Assembly: GCA_036172245.1 (NCBI GenBank)
Contig: JAYWIR010000014.1
Span: 186,001 to 250,000 of the forward strand
Origin: Raillietiella orientalis
Taxonomy: Eukaryota
Reading direction: 5' to 3'
DNA: 64,000 nucleotides
The notes under the pieces are model-generated. The model was given only the letters and a program-made list of their open reading frames with translations. It searched no databases and had not been told where the DNA came from. The position numbers and the translations under genes were made by a program. Below, piece by piece: positions 53,301 to 64,000 of the stretch (within the stretch, counting starts at the first letter, position 1; every line of letters starts with the position of its first letter).

Positions 53301-56300
53301 GACGCGTCCCTTCTTTGTACCTCGGCGGGTTCGAGCGCGCATCCACCGCCGCCGCCTGAGGAAGACGGCCGCGCGAGAAGCGCAGAGGTCGGAGACTCTT
53401 CCAAGGGGCAGAGCTAACCACAGGCACTCCCCCGCTACCCTCCGCTGGACACGTGGGCTCCGGGTACGCCCCGTCACACAGTAGCGCACGCGCACTTTCG
53501 TGCGCCCTCCCGCTCGCGCACCTGCGTGCTCCCGAACACAGGAACATATGCCCGGAGCGCTCTCGTTTTCACATGTGCATGCACTCAGAAGTTCACGAGA
53601 ACGTGCACGCCCTGTGTACAGAGCGACCCTGACGCGTGTACAGCCACAGACTCGCGCGCGCGGGTTCACCGGAAAAGAGGATGTGGAGCTGTCCGCAGTA
53701 GCGAAAAGGAGCGCTCGCGGGCGAGGTTCCTTCTACCGTGCTTCGGCTGCTACCCTACGCGCCTCCGGAAGGGCAGCAAAGGCTCTCCGTCGCCCGCCGC
53801 GGACGCACTTCTGTCGTTGAGCCCCACCGTACTGGGAAAGAAAAGAGAGTGAGGAAGGTAGTGGTAGGAGTGGGGAAGGGGTGACCGGCCGTTGCAGCTC
53901 CTGGAGCTCCTCTTGTACTGTCGGGCGACTCCGGGGAGCAGCGCTCTGTTTCCTGGAAGTCAGAAGAGGGAAACGGAGGCGAAGAACCACGCGTAAAGAA
54001 AAAGAAGAAAAAAACAGGGAGCAGGAAAAGTTAGAGGCAGGAGCGGAAATCCTGATTTTGGATCCTGGGTGCACCGCTGGTGGTCGCAGGCATGCCATTC
54101 TTGCGGTATCCTCTGGAAAGATGGCGTTGCCCCCTCTGCATTCGCTCATGCTCTCGGCAGTCTGGAAACAAGGCAACACGCGAGAAGGGCAGCTACCTGT
54201 CGTGGATCGCCGTCTCAGCAGTGCCCTATAGGGTAATCCATTCTCCCTTTTCATCCGCTTCTTCCACCCGTACGAGCCGCCTCCAGGTTGCTTGCGGTGC
54301 TTCGGGAAAGTACTTGTTCAGAATAAAAGGAGCGACCAGGGGCGACCAGGGAGATCCAAGTGCCCTCTTCAGAAATGCTGAGGAGATGAGGAAGCCTGAA
54401 GTTGATCTCCTTTGCTGCTGCTGCTTCAAGGGGAGGAAGCGCTCTCACAGGAGCATACGCCTAGACCTCGAGGGCAGTCGAGACTGCGTGTGTGCCAAAG
54501 GCGGCCACTCGGAAGCTCTCCCAAAACCTTAAGCCTTCCTGAACTCTTGCTTCCCTTCCACCCCACCCTTTTTCCCTCAACAGCCGGGGCGAGCACTCCG
54601 CCGATCTCTCTCGGAGAGGCACAACGCTCACGGTTTCTAGGCAACGGCTCCGCCCCCTCTCGGGGGAAGTCGTCATCTGACTTTTTTCGTTTTCCGACGT
54701 CTCCCGTCGCTGGTCCCGGAGACGGAAGAATGGAGACGGTTCGCAGGCGTCAACGAGATGGCCACCGGACCTTTTGACCTGGGTGGGGTGAGTGGAGGAA
54801 ACAGGGAGACCAGAGAAAAAAACTACCCCTGTTTGTCCCTCCCTCCCTCTTCCCCCCATGTTCTCTCGGAGTCTGACTCCGACCTTCTTTGCCACCTTCC
54901 CCCCATCCTCGTCGTCGCCCTTGGCTCAGAGGCACGCAGCGCTCCCGTCATCGATCTCAGCTCACGGCCATCCTTGGCATCGCCGCTGAGGCATCATCTG
55001 GAGTCTTCGATTCCTGCCTGGTGCGGGAGAGGCGCGCAGCGAGATGCTTCCTTCCACTCCCCCGAGAGATAATGAATCCCGTCTGACGGATGGGTGCCAT
55101 CGGACGAAGATTCGAAAGCCTCTGGGAGAACCTCTCGCTCTTCTACCTGCCAATCAGAGAGCGCGCGAACTTCCTGCGCGTGCAAGTGTTTTCAAGAGCG
55201 CGTCAGCCTCTGGAGCACCAGAAACGACCATTCCTGGTCTCCAGCTTCCGAGGGGGGGAGAGAGGAAAAGGGAATACGTTTCTGGTCTGGGGGTGCAGCG
55301 AGCTCCGGCGCTCCCTTCGCCGCGGAAGGGAAGGGGAGGTGGGGACTATGAAGTCCCACGAAATCTATTTCCTGCCGGACTGCCTTGCGGGTTCGGAGCA
55401 AGAGGATGGAAGGAGGAGGAAAAGGACGTGCTGCCCTTTGAGCACGCGCGGCGAGCAGAGGGGTCACCGCATTCATCGTGGCTGAAGACCGCGAATCCCT
55501 TTCACCCCTTCCGGAAATCCCAGGGAACCGTTTCGAATTTCACCTAGGGGCACACGCTCGCGCCCCTTCCCTTTCCCCGGCTGGCTGCTCGCTCCTGCAG
55601 AGTTCGCTTCTTCTGAACCGCTCGATCCCGGAAGTGCTTTCTGGACTTCGTTCGGATTTCAGCGGAGGTCTCGTGGTTGCCGTCGCCGGGAGAGATCCCC
55701 TCGCTCCAGCTGCGCGCACGGCGCGGCAGGGAGACGCGGCTACCGCACTCCCGGGGCGTCGTCAGTCAGGGCGGGGATGAGAGCACGAAGCTTCTCTTCC
55801 GGGAGAGTTCGGGTGTAACCAGCTCTGAGGCGGATCGCCCGGACAGGCTGCAGAGGAGCCGCCAACCGGCGACGTACACACGCAACAAGGAGGGGGGGAG
55901 AGCAGGCGGGCGACACATCAATTCGCGTCACGCTCGCGTCAAGGTGACTAGCTCGAGCAGCGCTGCGTGGGCGGGTGCAGCATGGCTTGCTATGAGGCAC
56001 GAAGGAGAGGAAAAGGGTCAAGGGAGAGGACAATGCAGGGCATGCTGGCAACGGTACCTCCTTTCAGTGATCCTGAATGAGTTCCAGGGTCCATCCGAGC
56101 TTGGAATCCTCCCTTCGCCGCCTCCACGCACCCCGTCTCCCGGAGGCAGATGAGCGAGGAGCACACCTGCCTCCGTTCGCGCAGGAGACGGCTGGAAAGG
56201 GGCCGACCTCCCGCGAACGAGAAAGAGGGCACTTCCACGGATGCTGCTCGTTCCTTCGCGGCGACTCTAGCACAAGTTCCTAGGAAGCAAAAGAAAGGAG

Positions 56301-57126
56301 GGACAGCAAACGGCGCCGACACGCTTGGCTCGAGGAGCCAATCCAGGCTGCGCGGCTTATTTATGGCGCGCTGCTCCTCGCCGTCGAAGAACAAGGAGCG
56401 GACGTGCCCCATCCTTCGGGTCCTATGCATAAATCTCGCGTCGCTCGGAGGAACGGGTGAAAACCGGGCTCGCAGGCGCTCACTGCAGAAGCAGCCTTCT
56501 CTTTTGCAGGTTCTTTTTGCACGGAATAAGAAAGGATAAGAAAGGAGACAGGAAAAGAAAAATCTCCAGGAACAGGGAAAGAAGCGACCTGTCTCCGCCT
56601 CTCGAAGATTTCAGCTTGTCTTCGCGTCCTTCCCTGTGCATTTTCAGGTGTTCTCGAGAAACGGTGAGACGAATGTTCCCGGGCTGGAACAAGACAAGGG
56701 GGGACAGGAGAGGGGAAGGAAAGGAGGGAAACGAATCGTCATCCCGATGCGGTTCTCTTCCTCCCTCGCGTACCCGGCATTTGGGACCGAGCGAGGGTTT
56801 CGCCTTCCTAACGTTGCGCGCTCAGCGCTTTCAGTGGTTCCCGGAGCCGGGCTCCACCGCACACACCTGACACTTCGGGGCCACGGGTACACCATGGTGA
56901 CCACATGATGTGCAAGGCATCACGCGGAAAAAAGGGGGGGAGGAATCAGCGACTCAAATCCGTGCCCACTGCGTCAGTCTGCTCCAGAGGAAAGAACGAA
57001 GAAAGATCCGGAGAATGCCTCGATCGTACCAGCCTCCGGAGGAACCTCGGCTAGCCTCGGTACCGGGCTTGAATTTATCCTCCAGGTACCCCCCAGCGCT
57101 GGAAGGGTGCAGAGACGATGCAACTC

Positions 57127-58520
57127 TTCCAGCCCGCGTACCGGGCTGGAGAAGTCGTGTCCAGGAGTTGCTCTACGGGAGATCCTCCTGCCAGTTGTAA
57201 AACCTGAGACTCTAACCACCCTTTCCCCCATCCGCTTACACTCGCATCTCTGAGGTGTCTTCTGAACCTCCTTGCAGTCCTGCAGCAGTCGATCAGGAAG
57301 CAGGCAGGACTTTTGGTGGAAAGGAAGATGCGAAAGGAGCTATCAGAAGGGATGAGGGAGATTTCAGCCCTGCTCATCCCCCGCATGGGAAATGATGCAC
57401 TGCGGCAGCGAAGAGGGCACGGAGAAACGCATGGACCCGTCGAGCATCCTTGGAGGCAAAGAAAACATCCTGAACCCTTCCTCCGGGATCGTGGCCAGAG
57501 GTTTTCTCGAAAACCTCGCTCTTTCAGGGAGCTCCACCTCGATGATTCCTTTTTTATATTCCCTTGTAATGATACATTGTGCTACTCTGCCTATAAACTC
57601 CACCGACATTCGCAGTCTCTTATCAGATAAGCCACAGCGGCAGCAACCCGATCTGATCGGATGATCTCGAGGTTCCTGCCAGAGTGCCTTTCCACTCTTC
57701 GGATCTGAGCTCACAGGAGTGACCTCGAGCTAACAGGTTGACTAACTCACTTCCGAGATTTTAAAAAGTCAAAAAATACCCGGAACAAGTCACGCAAGAT
57801 TCCCGATTCACTCCCTTCTAACAGCCATCCTGGTGGGAGGTAGAGGTCGTGCACAGTTGGGGCCTTGTCTGTCAACTGAGGAATCCTTCTTGCCTGAACC
57901 TTAGTTACATATGACTCGAAACCGAGGTTATGTACATCTAATTTCACGTGCATAACCGATTCGTCAGAAGTCCAAGCTGATTCTTTGCAAAGTGTCCACG
58001 CTGATTCCGTTTCATGAAGTTCGTGGTCTTGTGAAGACTCTGAAAACACGACGTTTCTAGACAGTTTCCGAGATGGTAGTAGGAGCGCCTCGGACGGTTT
58101 CTGTAGCAACTGAAACCAGATTCCCGAGTTGCATGCGAGCTTTTTTCAGGGTTACGTGAGGGAGGGAACAGGGCGTTCAGGTAAAAAAGCAGCCCTCTCT
58201 CAAGCTTTGTGGAGTAATTTGCAGATGCTTCCTGAAACAGGGAGCATCTGCAAACCTTTCTGGCTGTCTTCCGCTCACTAACTGTAAATACGAGGAGGAT
58301 GGTTCCTAATTAAACTTAGTAACTTGATTGGCAATTCTGGCATTGTCGCAATCAGGATGAGGAATAGGATGTCCTTTAAATTGGTTTATGCAGAAGAGGA
58401 GCTGCTGCAGTCGCAAAGGATTGATTTGTATTTCAGATCAGCCAGCTCACAGCAGAGGACCAGGTAGTGACAGTGCAGTACAGGTTCCGTGAAAAGAAAG
58501 AAAAACACTGGTAGCATGGA
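57127..58520 (-). mobile_element. Decayed L1-type RT remnant
   Basis: SLPGP (~58460), HPIPHPDCDNARIANQV (RPISLLNxDYKI-like, ~58320-58375) and IISHAGDE (YADD position, ~57370-57400). Confidence 0.5.
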
Positions 58521-58661
58521 GACACAGCGAATGTTCGAGGAGGCAGCTCATGTGTAGCCGGGATTGTGGGTTTTTTGTCTCGATGCATCTCATCTCTGAG
58601 CATCAGGAAAGCGTTGGAAGGGTGCAGAGACGATGCAACTCATAAGACTAGTGACCGGTAA

Positions 58662-59084
58662 ATTAAATCGCTTTTTTGGAAGTGGATGGGATCCTTGGAG
58701 TCTCTTGCTCTTCTATTGTTGGTTGAGTTTTCTAAAAGCCATCGAAAAGCCTCCAAGGAATGCGAGGATGAGCTGGTATCAAAGTCAGGGGCCTAAAGAG
58801 CAACAGGAAACTCTTCGTTGCCTTCTTGGGTGTCATCTCTTCGCTTGGAGCGCTCCCTTCCAGCACTAAGAAAGGTTTTTTTTACTTTGGATCTAAAGAG
58901 ATTTTTACCCAGATGGTGATGGCTGAGGTGACCAACTGAAAATGCACCGAAGAAAATGAGCTCCACATTATGATTTTCACCCGTGGAAGGGAGAAGTGAG
59001 TCGATCCCAGAGACACCTACATCCTGAGTCAACCAGCTACGAAAGACCCCAAGGATCCGTCCACTTCCAAAAAAGTGGTTTAAT
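58662..59084. repeat. ~40-bp imperfect inverted repeat pair (58662-58702 and 59045-59084)
   Basis: ATTAAATCGCTTTTTTGGAAGTGGATGGGATCCTTGGAGTC versus the reverse complement ATTAAACCACTTTTTTGGAAGTGGAC-GGATCCTTGGGGTC. Confidence 0.85.
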
Positions 59085-59319
59085 ACACTGACCATCAGAT
59101 AAGTGAGGAGCTTCAGATATTGAGCAGATAAGAGCAAATTTCATTTCTTTTGGAAAACCCATGCAATTCGATAAACAAAGGTAACGGTCCTCCGCCATCC
59201 TGCTGCTCTTCTCATCTTATCCTTCAGCTAATGATTACCAAAATGAATCACTGAAAATTGCTCCTCTGGTGGAAAAGTCAAGGAAAAACTGTGAGAACAC
59301 TTCAGGATTTTCCGCGTCA

Positions 59320-60070
59320 TCCTTGCGCAGAATCCATGCTAATCTCTGTATTGTTCCAGTTTTTAGTGCATGTACAGTTGAAGCAGGAAGCACCACCCGA
59401 AAGTTTTCTCAGATACAACAGATCTAGAGATAACAGATGAGAAGAATGAGAAGCAACGACCTCAACGACCGGCTCTGTGCGAACTTGAGGAGGAACAAGA
59501 GTTGCAAGCACTTCACCGATTCTTGAACAGAATTCACATGACGGAAAAAAAAAGTAGCTGGGTACCACCTTGAGAAAGGTGACCTGGCTGGACACCTCGG
59601 CATGTGCAGTTGCAGCAACAGCACGGCATGGAGTTGAAGCTAAAACTGTAGGTTTTCTTAGACGTGCTCCTGATCCGCGATCGTCTTATGGTTCCCGGAG
59701 GTCCTAGCAGCTCCCAGAGCATGGTTCGCCGGGTAGCGGGCGGTCTCCTGCGCCTCCTGCAAGTGGCGCAGCTTCTCGACCATGTGCTCGTACGCTTCGT
59801 ATACGCCCTCGTAGAAGTGATGAGCGTCCGCGCAGCACATGTTTCTCTCGCACAGCTTGGATAGAGGCGCATCGCTGGTCAGTTCCTCTTCCGAGCCCAG
59901 ATCAGACCTGATGATCAGGTACGACAGTCCCCTACCCAGCACGGAACTGTACATCAACAACGAGCATCCCATATGCACCTTGGACAAGGTCCACGACTCG
60001 AGGGGGGTTCCCGCACTGGTAAATCCATATGAAGCAGTTGGTGCCGTTGTAGTGCAGTGCTAATAGTAGC
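59320..60070 (-). pseudogene. Coding-like relic, tentatively a divergent ionotropic (glutamate-like) receptor
   Basis: Traces in order: NCFIWIYQCG (pore/QG-like), SWTL...LLMYSSVLGRGLSYLIIRSDLGSEEEL (M3 plus IxSxEEL-like), YEHMVEKL...HALGAARTSGNHKTIADQEHV (S2-like), then hydrophobic stretches. Stops and frameshifts present; no TE motifs recognised. Confidence 0.33.
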
Positions 60071-60379
60071 GTCCCTCACTGGAAAGGAGTCATTAGGGCT
60101 TCATTCTCACCTCTTCCTTGCAGATAATGCCTCAGTACCGCTCAGCTTCCGGGAAATCCTCACTGAAAGCAAAGCTTCCTACGAGCGCCTCCTGCATGGT
60201 TTTATACCAGCTCACGCCGCAACGTTTATTGGAAAATAAATAAAGTCGGTCACACAAAAGAAGTCTACTGGGAATGACCAACCGTTCTCAGGCCGGCTTC
60301 TAAGAGACTCAGGAACGAAAGGGAGGGGACAATAAGGTAAAAAAAGGGAGTGGACAGGCCAAGGCGTCTTTGGTTTCAG

Positions 60380-61850
60380 ACAATCTTTTCTTCCTAGAGC
60401 TGGCACTGAATGCTGGAGATCTCGCTGGTGACTTCTTGGAGGTGAGGCCACCTCGTAACCGTTCTCATAAAGGCGACTGCCATTCGGGTGGCCTCCCTTC
60501 TCTGCGGACGAAACTCCATCACGGAGAAGGCTGTGAAGATGACACGGATGCAACATCTTGTTGCAGTCACGGCGCCTGCCTCAGCCCGCCCTGTGTAAAA
60601 AAGAGTCACCTCAGCAAGTCCAAAACGGTGTCCTCCGGATGGAGGACCGCCCTAACCTCCAAATGTGCACGAGGACACTGCAGTCCAACAAGAGGTGCGG
60701 GAATGATTTGATCGTTCCGCACCTCAAACATCTCAAACCGTTCGGGAGGCAACTCTACCGGAAAGCAGGTCCCTGCGCTGATTGCACTGGAATCCCCAGT
60801 GCGCAAACAGCAGAGAGTCCCGTTTTCAGCGGAGCGGAAATACGGTGTTCGCAAATAGGGAAGGACCACGAGTTCTTCGGGGGCACACGAAGCAGGTCAC
60901 CCCACCGAAGGAATCCCTATTCCCGAAAACAAGGAGTGGCGCAGTCCACCAACCCACTCGTCTTGCATCCGCCGAAGAGTTTTTTGCCTCCTGCAATTCC
61001 TTAGGAGAACTCCCATTCCACCGGTTGACTGTTGTCATTGTTTGCCCTGAAGGCAGACAGTACTGCGGGCAAGAGGTGTGACGGCTATCCGGGAAACGTC
61101 GTCCAATACTACAGATCTTCTAGCAGTTTTTCATACGAGTTCCCACAGCGGACGAATTTCTATAGCCTCCTCCGCTGCCATATGAGCATCGCGGCCACAT
61201 TTGCTTCCGCATCTCGAAGATCTCGTTTGCTCAAAAATTGCAAAGCGATTGCACGGAGCGATATTCCAGTTTGCTTGCACGGCAGCTGTAACTAGGGGGG
61301 ACTTTGCGGAGGAAATGCCTGTGGACATCGACGCTTTGGATCGTCGATTCTTTGCCCGTTTTCGCTCTCGTGACTTATGGTTCGATCATGACGAATCGTC
61401 TGCAGAATTCCCGTAGCTAGGGGAAGCACAAAAGCACCCTTAATGTTTTGCTCTCTCTTGAAACGCGTCATACCTGATGCACCACAGGGTTTTTTCTAGA
61501 CTACAGCAGCTGATAAGTCTGTGGGGCTTTTTCTCTTCACCAGACGCGATTCTCCATGCAGTAGAACCTCTGCCAGGAGGCAACACTCGCCGTCCCTCCA
61601 TGCGCCCTCAACGACCGTGAGATAATGTTTTCGAATGATTCTCGTTGATCTAATTGTAAATTTCATCCTCCGCAAGGCTTCTACCTCTTCTCGACCTTCA
61701 TCTGTCAAGCGATCCATCTTCATCAGTGTCTGGAAGAACGTGCTGCTCCCCACCAGTAGGAGACGCAACTCGATCATCGTTCTGGACTTGCTCGACACGT
61801 AACGTATGCACGCTGCACGCATTTCACGCACCAAGGTACTGGAAATCCAG
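60380..61850 (-). mobile_element. Decayed, internally deleted L1/Tx1 ORF2 (endonuclease remnant and C-terminus)
   Basis: LLLVGS...HGESRLVKR...TDLSAAVV (endonuclease-like, 61496-61834) and C-terminal AVAFMRTVTRWPHL (~60440-60485). Confidence 0.55.
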
Positions 61851-62532
61851 GGAAACCTCCCTTTTAAAGTTCACCGGATCATTGCGTTCGGGGAGCGCGT
61901 GCGGCTTCATCCGTGCTCCCTTCTTTGGAGCAAGCTCCGGATTCGGGATGCCACGAAGAATGGCAAGACAAAGTTCATCTCGGCGGAGATGAAGTTTTCA
62001 GACGTCCAGCTTTGGTTTTCGGCCCACTCCTCCCCGTCGGAACCAAGCCAAGCTGTTCGAAGAGAGACACGCTCTAGGAACAGCCTCAGGAAACGCCTCG
62101 GGAGCTTCCGCCGCCGATCCTCTTGTTCTTCCCGCTTTCTGAAGCTCGTCTGTTCGATCGCTGGAGATCCCCATGTTGCCGGATAGGGTGTGAGTATGGA
62201 CCCATGCCCATTCGCTCTTCGCATGACCGTGCGCTTTCCTCCTCTTGCACATGATTAATGGTTCTCCTCATCCCTTTTAATGCTGGTGTCAAGGAAAGAA
62301 ATCCTGTTTGCAAAGCAACGAAGCCTCGAATAGAAGCAGGAATCTGTGGTTAGGAAGCAGCGGGGAAAGCCACAGAGAATCGTTCAAAGGCCAGATACGT
62401 TTAAGAGCTCCGTGACACTGCAGCGCCACGAAAGCGCTGAGGAGCAGGGATGACGCAGAGAGGATGGGCAACGGTCTCATCGAAACAAACAAACATGGAA
62501 AGAAAGTAACAATGCCAGCGGTGCTAACGAGA

Positions 62533-62550
62533 ACACACACACACACACAC
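62533..62550. repeat. (AC)9 microsatellite
   Basis: ACACACACACACACACAC read directly. Confidence 0.9.
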
Positions 62551-63037
62551 CATACAATGTGAGGGATGATCTCTTAGAGACGGAACAGTTCAAGGCAGAT
62601 TGCTTGCTCTGAATTCGAGCAGAAGCAAACCCATCTCTTGAAGAAATTACGAGGGCTTGCCTTCTATACGTGGGATAAAAATGCAGGGATGATTCCAGTC
62701 TCAGAAGGCTCTACAGCGCTCAATGATTCCGAATGAAGACTCGAGGAACCTTTGGCATCTCGACAGGAACTCTGCAACTAGGGAGGATGCCCGCGGTGCA
62801 ATCGAATGCACATCGCGGCCCATGCAGGTGTGGATTCAGATCCATACTGTGCACGTGCACGGGCAGGAAGAGACGAAAAATACTCCAATAGCTACACATA
62901 AGTTTACGCTACATAAATGAATGAACAAATTATATCTGCATTTATTTACAAGAATGTGTGCCGAGCCTCAGCTATTCATGTGCTTCGTCTACTTTACACG
63001 CATGCGCGTACACAAAACAGTATGTAAAACCTGGATT

Positions 63038-63140
63038 TATGTATATGCATGTATGTGGGATTGTCTACCTGCATATATATGTATATATATATGGAATATA
63101 TATACATATATATATTCGTTCCAAATATGTATATATATGG
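63038..63140. repeat. Degenerate (TA)n/(TATG)n microsatellite
   Basis: Alternating purine-pyrimidine AT-rich tract, e.g. GCATATATATGTATATATATATGG. Confidence 0.85.
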
Positions 63141-64000
63141 AACGGCATCTCCAGATGAATTTACAAGTAAATAAGGAGCTGCATTTGCGCACACTTGTGT
63201 ACATGAACGTATACGGGGATGCATCTATGTAAACATGGCGTGTATATGTTCTCATGCCAGTCTGAACGCAAGCGCGTGTCCCAGTATTGCTGTCCTATGC
63301 TGTCTTTTATTTATTTGTACACTCATGCGTGCCTATCAAGGTAAGCTTCCTCTGCGCACGCGCAGCGGTGTGCTGTCGACACGACAGCCGGAGGACTCGT
63401 GTTGGCGGACACGCTTTCTGTGCTTTCACGCGGAGGCATTTCCCCACAGATCACGTGACTGTCGCGTTCACCCAGAGGGAAATCTCGATGTTAACCGACG
63501 CTGAAGAGGGTGGTCAAGAGAGAAGGGAGTTCCGAGGGCATCGCTCATACCAGGTGATCGCAAGGGGTGCAGGTTCGTCCCGGGTAGACAATCCCCCAGA
63601 TTAGTTTTCCGCTTTAGGCACAGCGCGAGTAAGCCCCGGGTGCCCCGACGTTTCTGGAGCGTGTCAGTGTGCGTGGGGAGGGCGAAAGGGACCCCCGAGG
63701 TAGTTCACTGGGCTGCCACTTCCTCAGTCAGTTCTGATTCTACTAGTCTTCTTTCTGGGTCCGTTTGCTGGGACTCTGAGTCCCTTCCATTCCTGTAAAA
63801 AAGGCAGCAGAAGCCCTTGAGGTCCGTGGGCCCGGTCCTCCTTCCACCCTCAGAGTGGTTCCAGCCCGAGGGCAGTCGACGTCACCTTTGACGATGTGTT
63901 GGGTGCTGCTCTCCCCTCTCCCCCCTTATTGATCTCCCCTGGAGCTCCCAAGACGCTCGTGCGCCACGGGGGATGTTCTAGGAAGAGCGGTCAAGAGGCC

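Noticed and set aside
22300..62300. Hundreds of 60-250 aa ORFs in the ORF track
   Set aside because: They overlap on both strands, are Arg/Ser/Pro-rich, and reflect high GC and decayed TE sequence. None has a coherent domain or splice structure of an intact gene.
63535..63600. GGTTCG-containing segment suggesting a tRNA or SINE head
   Set aside because: No T-arm stem or A box, and it cannot be folded as a tRNA.

Overview
This is animal genomic DNA, most likely arthropod (the MEK N-terminus MSKNKLNLTLP is Dsor1-like), and it falls into two sharply different compartments. (1) ~1.7-19 kb is AT-rich and holds four intact, spliced housekeeping genes in two tail-to-tail pairs: SLC25A39/40-type mitochondrial carrier (+), RFWD3 RING-WD40 E3 ligase (-), COX5A (+) and MEK/MAP2K1 (-). 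I reconstructed all four exon by exon; 12 of their 16 coding-region introns are only 37-54 nt. A 596-bp, apparently identical copy of the MEK start codon plus upstream region sits 3152 bp further upstream. (2) ~19-64 kb is GC- and CpG-richer and contains no intact gene I can support. It is a pile-up of decayed L1/Tx1-clade non-LTR retrotransposon pieces on both strands. It also holds an RLE-type (R2/NeSL/Utopia-like) remnant, a ~260-bp foldback palindrome and host-gene relics: a clear TBCB CAP-Gly pseudogene, and tentative Toll-like-receptor and ionotropic-receptor remnants. I found no rRNA, tRNA, CRISPR array or convincing ribozyme. I cannot demonstrate a new biological system from sequence alone. 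The best leads are the duplicated MEK promoter/ATG, the foldback hairpin, the three stop-free 45-nt introns, the relic-rich TE block and an apparent AT-to-GC shift at 51-57 kb. Motif matches were made by eye without database searches, and TE boundaries are approximate.
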